DNA from: Flavobacteriales bacterium
Lineage (GTDB): Bacteria; Bacteroidota; Bacteroidia; Flavobacteriales; UBA7430
Assembly: GCA_028110365.1 (NCBI GenBank)
Contig: JAOGVT010000006.1
Location: 1,872 to 65,871 of the forward strand
Direction of reading: 5' to 3'
DNA length: 64,000 bases
A model generated the notes under the pieces. That model had not been told where the DNA came from. It worked only from the letters and a program-made list of their open reading frames with translations, and did not search any database. Below, in pieces: positions 59,334-64,000 of this stretch; position 1 is the first letter of the stretch; each line of letters begins with the position of its first letter. The translations under genes were made by a program, and so were the position numbers.

Positions 59334-60398
59334 TTACAAATCTTCGGGATATAAAGAACCAGAACAATGGTCTTTAACAGAGCCCGTAACCGAACTAAGC
59401 ACATTAATATGATTCAAACGTCTCATTAAACCAAGAAATGCAAAGGCTAAAGCCTCCTTACTTTCTATAATATTTGAATCAATTTCTAAACATAAAGACG
59501 GAGTCAGTTCACGAATTCTATGCAATAAAAAAGTGTTGTATGTGCCACCACCAGTTACTAAAACTGTTTGTATACTATACTGAGAAAAAACTGAAATTAA
59601 TTGATGCGCAACATGCTCAGTAAAAGTTCTAAGAATATCAATATCCGATAAATTTGAATTATTTAAGAGCGGAAGAATAAATTCTTCTACCCACTCCCAT
59701 CCAAGAGACTTAGGGTAGGCTACTTTGTAAAAACCAAGAGAATTTAACTGATCTAAAAGAGCTGTATTAACTGAACCAGAGCGGGCTAGACTTCCTTGAT
59801 CATCATAATCATAGCCCTGTTTACTAGCCCACAAATTCAATACAATATTAACAGGACAAACATCAAATGCAACTCGTCTACCCTTAAAATCAAAAGATAT
59901 ATTCGAAAAACCTCCCAAATTTAAACAAGCATTAAAAGAATTAAATAAAACCTTATCGACAAAAGGTACCAAAGGAGCGCCTTGACCTCCCCAATAAACA
60001 TCTTGAGACCTAAAATCTGAAACTACAGGGATAGATAGTAAATTATAAATAGGTTTTGGACAACCAATTTGAAGGGTAATACCCTTATCTGGTTGATGGA
60101 AAACAGTATGACCATGCGAAGCTATTAAATCAATATCAGATAAGGAATTTGAGCTAATAAAATCAGCAAGTTTCTCAGCCATAAACTGTCCAAATTCACT
60201 AGAAAGATGAGGCAATAAACTTGGACTAAGATTAGGTGCATTCCTGAGCTTGTTTTTAAAAGAATTGGAATAGTTTACTGTAGTAAAAGCTCTAATCTTA
60301 TAGCTCCAAGTAGAAGCGTATGAAAAACTACAAAACACAATATCCAAACCATCTAGCGAGGTTCCCGACATTAAACCGATTACATGATATTCTTTCAA
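59334..60398 (-). CDS. anmK: anhydro-N-acetylmuramic acid kinase
   Basis: VIGLMSGTSLDGLDIV, GQGAPLVP, NLGGFSNIS, and the C-terminal ..TGGGTYN... pattern. Confidence 0.85.
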   Translation of the reverse strand: MKEYHVIGLMSGTSLDGLDIVFCSFSYASTWSYKIRAFTTVNYSNSFKNKLRNAPNLSPSLLPHLSSEFGQFMAEKLADFISSNSLSDIDLIASHGHTVFHQPDKGITLQIGCPKPIYNLLSIPVVSDFRSQDVYWGGQGAPLVPFVDKVLFNSFNACLNLGGFSNISFDFKGRRVAFDVCPVNIVLNLWASKQGYDYDDQGSLARSGSVNTALLDQLNSLGFYKVAYPKSLGWEWVEEFILPLLNNSNLSDIDILRTFTEHVAHQLISVFSQYSIQTVLVTGGGTYNTFLLHRIRELTPSLCLEIDSNIIESKEALAFAFLGLMRRLNHINVLSSVTGSVKDHCSGSLYPEDL

Positions 60399-60439
60399 GC
60401 TACAAATATGTTAAGGAGCTAAATTCATCAAAAAAAATG

Positions 60440-60447
60440 TACTTTTG
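60440..60447 (+). promoter_or_regulatory. candidate -7 box (TACTTTTG) for the frameshifted acyl-CoA dehydrogenase gene
   Basis: Exact TAnnTTTG 35 nt upstream of the ATG at 60483. No clear -33 element. Confidence 0.3.
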
Positions 60448-60482
60448 TTGATATTTTAAAAAAATAATTTAAATAACATAGA

Positions 60483-61623
60483 ATGAATTTTGAATTAAGC
60501 GAAGAACATATAATGATACGGGATGCTGCAAGAGATTTTGCTCAAACAGAACTTTTACCCGGAGTAATAGGAAGAGATGAAACACAAACATTCCCTCAGG
60601 AACAGATAAAAAAAATGGGCGAACTAGGTTTCTTAGGAATGATGGTTTCACCAGAATATGGGGGGGGGGGTATGGATACCATTGCCTATATATTAGCCAT
60701 GGAAGAAATATCTAAAGTAGATGCATCTGCATCTGTAGTAATGTCGGTTAACAACTCACTTGTATGTTGGGGTATTGAAAAATTTGGTACCGAAGCTCAA
60801 AAACAAAAATACTTAACAAAACTTGCTACAGGTGAAGTTATCGGTGCATTCTGTTTATCTGAGCCTGAAGCAGGGTCAGACGCAACTTCTCAAAGTACTA
60901 CTGCAATAGATAAAGGAGATCATTATCTTTTAAACGGTACAAAAAAACTGGATTACAAATGGAAACAGTGCATCTGTATATATAGTAATTGCCCAAACAG
61001 ATGTAAGTAAAGGCCACAGAGGTATAAATGCCATTATTGTGGAAAAAGGTATGGACGGATTTGTTGTCGGTCCAAAAGAAAATAAGATGGGTATACGCGG
61101 ATCTGATACGCATTCTTTAATGTTTACAGATGTTAAAGTTCCTAAAGAAAACCGTATTGGAGAAGATGGATTTGGGTTTAAATTTGCCATGACTACATTA
61201 TCTGGAGGAAGAATTGGGATTGCAGCTCAAGCTCTAGGCGTAGCATCTGGATCGCTCGAATTGGCATTAAAATACGCTAAAGAAAGAAAATCTTTTGGGA
61301 AACCCATTTGCGAACATCAAGCTATAGCATTTAAGTTAGCAGATATGGCAACGGAAATAGAAGCTGCTAGACTTCTGTGCTTAAGAGCTGCATGGCAAAA
61401 AGATTCGGGTATAGATTTTACCGAATCTGGCGCTATGGCTAAATTATTCTGTGCGGATAAGGCCATGCGGATAACAACAGAGGCAGTACAAATTCACGGT
61501 GGATATGGATTTGTTAAAGAATTCCATGTAGAACGTTTGATGCGTGATGCAAAAATCACTCAAATATATGAAGGGACTTCTGAAATACAAAAAATTGTTA
61601 TTTCGAGATCAATTCTCAAATAG
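60483..61623 (+). pseudogene. short/medium-chain acyl-CoA dehydrogenase (butyryl-CoA dehydrogenase-like) interrupted by a +1-nt frameshift in an A7 run (or a homopolymer sequencing error)
   Basis: ORFs 60483-61010 and 61039-61623 are the two halves of one ~379-aa ACAD. Frame 0 reads ..[15 protein letters not shown].. and soon terminates. Dropping one A from 60941-60947 gives ..[24 protein letters not shown].., the conserved K.WITNG motif, continuous with ..[21 protein letters not shown].. and ..[30 protein letters not shown]. Confidence 0.85.
60660..60670 (+). repeat. G11 homopolymer inside the acyl-CoA dehydrogenase coding sequence (encodes GGGG)
   Basis: tat ggg ggg ggg ggt atg is Y-G-G-G-G-M and is in frame. 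It is the longest G/C run I noticed in this AT-rich window. Confidence 0.9.
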
Positions 61624-61644
61624 AACAAATACCAACAAAAAAAA

Positions 61645-61673
61645 ACACCCTGTTATACAGGGTGTTTTTTTTT
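61645..61673 (+). terminator. intrinsic terminator after the acyl-CoA dehydrogenase gene
   Basis: acaccctg-ttata-cagggtgt followed by T9 and preceded by A9, starting 22 nt after the stop. Confidence 0.85.
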
Positions 61674-61765
61674 GCTTAAAATGCCAAAATACGATACTAA
61701 ATAATTTATGATAATCAAAAACAAATGAAAAAACTAAGTTGAACTAAATCATAAGAAACAAGAAC

Positions 61766-61796
61766 TTTGCTAAGTAAACAATTAAACGTATATTTG
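61766..61796 (+). promoter_or_regulatory. candidate promoter (-33 TTTG / -7 TATATTTG) for rpsP-rimM
   Basis: TTTG at 61766-61769, a 19-nt spacer, and an exact TAnnTTTG at 61789-61796, leaving a ~60-nt leader before the ATG at 61858. Confidence 0.5.
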
Positions 61797-61857
61797 CGCC
61801 TCTCTTCGAGAAAGAGGGTATTAATTAACCGGGTTTCGGACCCTAAAACAATTAACT

Positions 61858-62460
61858 ATGGCAACTAAAATTAGATTGCAACGTTTCGGTAAAAAAGGAA
61901 AGCCTGTTTACCATATTGTAGCCGCAGATTCACGTTCTAAACGTGATGGGCGTCACATCGAAAAATTAGGTTTATACAATCCTAATACTGCACCAGCAAC
62001 CATTGACTTAAACCACGACAGAGCTCTTTATTGGGTTCAAGTTGGAGCAGTTCCTACAGATACAGCTAGAGCAATTTTATCGTACACAGGTGTAATGATG
62101 AAAAAGCACTTATTAGATGGTGTTAAAAAGAATGCTCATACTGAAGAACAAGCATTAGCTAAGTATGAATCATGGCTAGAAGCTAAAGTTCAACAAATAG
62201 GTAATGAATCTTCAGCAATTGCCAAAACGAAAGCTGACGCAGCTGCAAAAGCACTTGCTGCAGAAAAAGAAGTTAGAGCAGCTAGAGAAGCAGCCATACT
62301 AGCTAAAAATACTCCTGAAGTAGTTGAAGAAGAAGCGCCTGCAGCTGAAGAAGCGCCTGCAGCTGAAGAAACTCCTGCAGCTGAAGAAACTCCTGCAGCT
62401 GAAGAAACTCCTGCAGCTGAAGAAGCGCCTGCAGCTGAAGAAACTCCTGCAGCTGAATAA
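61858..62460 (+). CDS. rpsP: 30S ribosomal protein S16 with ~115-aa Ala/Glu-rich C-terminal extension
   Basis: [42 protein letters not shown]......DL..DRALYW...GA.PTDT is canonical S16. The tail ends in (EE[A/T]PAA)x7. Confidence 0.95.
   Translation: MATKIRLQRFGKKGKPVYHIVAADSRSKRDGRHIEKLGLYNPNTAPATIDLNHDRALYWVQVGAVPTDTARAILSYTGVMMKKHLLDGVKKNAHTEEQALAKYESWLEAKVQQIGNESSAIAKTKADAAAKALAAEKEVRAAREAAILAKNTPEVVEEEAPAAEEAPAAEETPAAEETPAAEETPAAEEAPAAEETPAAE
62329..62454 (+). repeat. 7 x 18-bp near-perfect tandem repeat (gaagaa[gcg|act]cctgcagct) encoding EE(A/T)PAA
   Basis: Units start at 62329, 62347, 62365, 62383, 62401, 62419 and 62437. They differ only in the gcg/act codon, in the order A,A,T,T,T,A,T. 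Confidence 0.95.
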
Positions 62461-62987
62461 TGCAACATGAGGATTGCTACTTCATAGGTCACATTAGCCG
62501 TAAACACGGATACAAAGGTGATCTTCTAGTTAAACTAGACGTAGATGATCCTTCACGATACAATAAATTGGAATCAGTCTTCCTTGACTTAAAAGGAAGA
62601 CTGATTCCTTTTTTTATGAGCTCTTGTAAACTTACCCAAAAAGGATTTCTTCACATTCACTTCGAAGGAATAGATACAGAAGCTGAAGCAGAAAGACTTT
62701 GCAAAAGTGGTTTATACTTGCCTTTGTCTTTTCTACCTCCCATGGAAGGTAATAAATTTTACTACCACGAGATTGAAGGCTACACAGTAATAGATAAAAA
62801 CTTCGGAGAAGTAGGTGTTATGAAAGAGGTCGTAAATGAAGCTGTACAACCTCTATTTTGTATAGAAAACGGTGTAAAAGAAGTACTCATACCTATAGTA
62901 GATTCGATAATTGACAAATTAGACCGTGAAAATAAACGCCTCTATTTAACTTGTCCAGAAGGTTTAATTGAAGTTTACTTAGATTAA
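62460..62987 (+). CDS. rimM: 16S rRNA processing / ribosome maturation factor RimM
   Basis: The ATG overlaps the rpsP TAA (TAATG). G.I.R.HGYKGDL.VK, FYYHEIEGY.V.D...G.VG, and the conserved rpsP-rimM order. Confidence 0.85.
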   Translation: MQHEDCYFIGHISRKHGYKGDLLVKLDVDDPSRYNKLESVFLDLKGRLIPFFMSSCKLTQKGFLHIHFEGIDTEAEAERLCKSGLYLPLSFLPPMEGNKFYYHEIEGYTVIDKNFGEVGVMKEVVNEAVQPLFCIENGVKEVLIPIVDSIIDKLDRENKRLYLTCPEGLIEVYLD

Positions 62988-63064
62988 AAGTACCGTCGGT
63001 ATTTGAATATAGAAAGTTTAAAATAGCGCTGTTTAAAATGTATAGACTTCCACAACCATAAAAA

Positions 63065-63406
63065 ATGGGAAACAAGAAAAAAAATATTACTGGAGTCGTT
63101 TATTCAACGAATAGTAAGTTCGACTACGATTACCAAAATGAAGAGGAAGAAGTAACTCTGGAACCCAAAGAACAAGACTTACGAATTGTTTTAGACCGAA
63201 AAAAAGGCGGAAAGGTAGTAACAGCCATCATTGATTTTGTGGGCAGTACAGAAGATTTAAAAGACTTAGGTAAAAAGCTCAAAACTTTTTGTGGTGTTGG
63301 TGGAACCGTAAAAGATGGCGAAATTTTACTACAAGGTGATTTTAGAGATAAAATACTAGCCAAACTTCTTGAAATGAATTACAAAGCCAAAAAGAAAGGT
63401 GGTTAA
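63065..63406 (+). CDS. yciH: SUI1/eIF1-family translation initiation factor homologue (YciH-like)
   Basis: About 110 aa. RIVLDRKKGGKVVTAI.......EDLK.LGKKLK..CGVGGTVKDGEILLQGDFRDK matches the SUI1 fold signature. Confidence 0.8.
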   Translation: MGNKKKNITGVVYSTNSKFDYDYQNEEEEVTLEPKEQDLRIVLDRKKGGKVVTAIIDFVGSTEDLKDLGKKLKTFCGVGGTVKDGEILLQGDFRDKILAKLLEMNYKAKKKGG

Positions 63407-63430
63407 ATAAATTGAATTGAATAAAAAAAA

Positions 63431-63452
63431 ACGCCCCTAAGGGCGTTTTTTT
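63431..63452. terminator. bidirectional intrinsic terminator between convergent yciH-like (+) and T9SS cargo (-) genes
   Basis: acgccc-ctaa-gggcgt flanked by A8 and T7. Confidence 0.8.
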
Positions 63453-63469
63453 ATGAGTAAAATAATGTC

Positions 63470-64000
63470 TTAATACTTGACAACTTTTTGAACGTGATTT
63501 CCTACTTTAACTAAGTAAATCGCATCATTAAGCATAGAGACAGGTAAAGACAACTGACCATCAAATTGTCCGAACAATACACGTTGACCGCTAATTGAAA
63601 ACACTTCAAAGTTCTGTATACCGTCTATTTCAGATAAAATGTTTAATACTGACGCATTTACAAATACCTTGGTATTTGCTGCAGTAATTTCGTCAACAGA
63701 AACCAGCATTGAAACATCAGAAGCATCTCTAGGACATAATTTAAATTCATTGAAACTGTATTCAACTACACCCGTAATCTGGTACGATTCACTTTCAACA
63801 AATTCGTGGTTGTAAATTAAATCATTTACAATAAATGTTTGGCCATCTAAAGATACGTTTGCAAAAGTAGCTTCACCATAGTCATTTGAGGCTATAGAAC
63901 AAACACCTGAAAGCGTAATCAAACAACCTTCAAGACTTTCTGATATAGGAGCACTTAAATCCGTAAGGGGTGTAATTACGGGTGAAATATCCAGTACCGT
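63470..64000 (-). CDS. secreted protein with T9SS type A C-terminal sorting domain; 5'-partial (continues past the right edge)
   Basis: The minus-strand frame stays open from 63922 to nt 64000 (..TVLDISPVITPLTDLSAPISESLEGC-LITLSGV..). The C-terminus ..FEVFSISGQRVLFGQFDGQLSLPVSMLNDAIYLVKVGNHVQKVVKY is a typical Por-secretion tail. Confidence 0.7.
   Translation of the reverse strand, partial: TVLDISPVITPLTDLSAPISESLEGCLITLSGVCSIASNDYGEATFANVSLDGQTFIVNDLIYNHEFVESESYQITGVVEYSFNEFKLCPRDASDVSMLVSVDEITAANTKVFVNASVLNILSEIDGIQNFEVFSISGQRVLFGQFDGQLSLPVSMLNDAIYLVKVGNHVQKVVKY

Noticed and set aside
60941-60947. Programmed -1 ribosomal frameshifting on the slippery heptamer A-AAA-AAA.
   Set aside because: The downstream half of the gene is in the +1 frame relative to the upstream half (60936 mod 3 = 0 against 60946 mod 3 = 1), so a -1 slip lands in the wrong frame. 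No obvious downstream stimulatory structure was seen. A sequencing error or simple indel is more parsimonious.
61797-61857. Possible structured ribosomal-protein leader upstream of rpsP (small hairpins cctct-c-tt/cgag/aa-agagg and gggt/ttcgg/accc).
   Set aside because: The stems are only 4-7 bp with a bulge, and I cannot show covariation or match a known leader from memory. It is left as an untested possibility rather than a feature.
62329-62454. Could the 18-bp tandem repeat be a CRISPR-like or regulatory repeat array?
   Set aside because: The units are directly abutting with no spacers, in frame, and inside the rpsP ORF up to its stop codon. It is a coding minisatellite, not a CRISPR array.
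62190-62507. 105-aa minus-strand ORF with repeats (..[18 protein letters not shown]..).
   Set aside because: It is the antisense reading of the S16 tail repeat. The low-complexity mirror image of gaagaaNNNcctgcagct stays open by chance, and rpsP on the plus strand is unambiguous.
1-64000. Search for a defence island, mobile element, prophage, CRISPR array, toxin-antitoxin pair, tRNA/rRNA or integration hallmarks.
   Set aside because: I saw no transposase, integrase, recombinase, Cas, restriction, phage-structural or reverse-transcriptase-like translations in the ORF track. There is no spaced direct-repeat array and no tRNA-like cloverleaf in the intergenic spacers I read. Gene content and tight coupling look like conserved core genome. 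I could not compute GC skew or k-mer statistics, so subtle compositional islands cannot be excluded.

Overview
Visibly AT-rich, densely packed chromosomal segment that looks like core genome of a Bacteroidota member, most likely Flavobacteriia. Supporting this: T9SS type A and type B C-terminal sorting domains, the long NusB form, a DUF1573-YajC pair, TAnnTTTG -7 boxes instead of Shine-Dalgarno-dependent layouts, and cyclophilin-FKBP fusions. I call 52 CDS plus one frameshifted gene, all from motif recognition on the supplied translations; no BLAST or HMM search was run. Left to right, with strand in brackets: two secreted T9SS cargo proteins; long-form GAPDH; TrhO; a (-) string of guaB, three parvulin/SurA-like envelope proteins and MoxR; a beta-oxidation block of fadI/fadJ-like genes, a divergent MarR and a long acyl-CoA dehydrogenase; a tightly coupled (-) string of dapF, GNAT, multihaem cytochrome-TPR, mltG, smr, nrnA and two cyclophilin-FKBP fusions; a YdiJ-like FAD/Fe-S oxidoreductase; tsaC; coaE; an ABC exporter; Leu/Val/Phe dehydrogenase; nusB, DUF1573 and yajC; an aminotransferase; a heptose-kinase-like PfkB kinase; TrkH with an SLC12-like transporter; ubiE with a PorT-like barrel; gpmI; ftsB, mutA and mutB; an M43 metalloprotease; anmK; a frameshifted short-chain acyl-CoA dehydrogenase; rpsP, rimM and a SUI1-family gene; and a right-edge partial T9SS cargo gene. 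I see no rRNA, tRNA, CRISPR array, transposase, integrase, phage gene or recognisable defence or toxin-antitoxin module, and no contiguous block of unknown genes that would mark a novel multi-gene system. The items most worth a second look are single-gene or sequence-level oddities. These are: (1) a seven-CXXCH cytochrome-TPR lipoprotein embedded in a cell-envelope operon; (2) a Cys-bounded 'GCT..A.NYN..A..DD.SC' mini-module present in about 10 copies across three secreted proteins; (3) tandem cytosolic and lipoprotein cyclophilin-FKBP dual immunophilins; (4) an A7 frameshift plus a G11 tract in one acyl-CoA dehydrogenase gene; (5) a 7 x 18-bp near-perfect coding repeat forming the tail of ribosomal protein S16.
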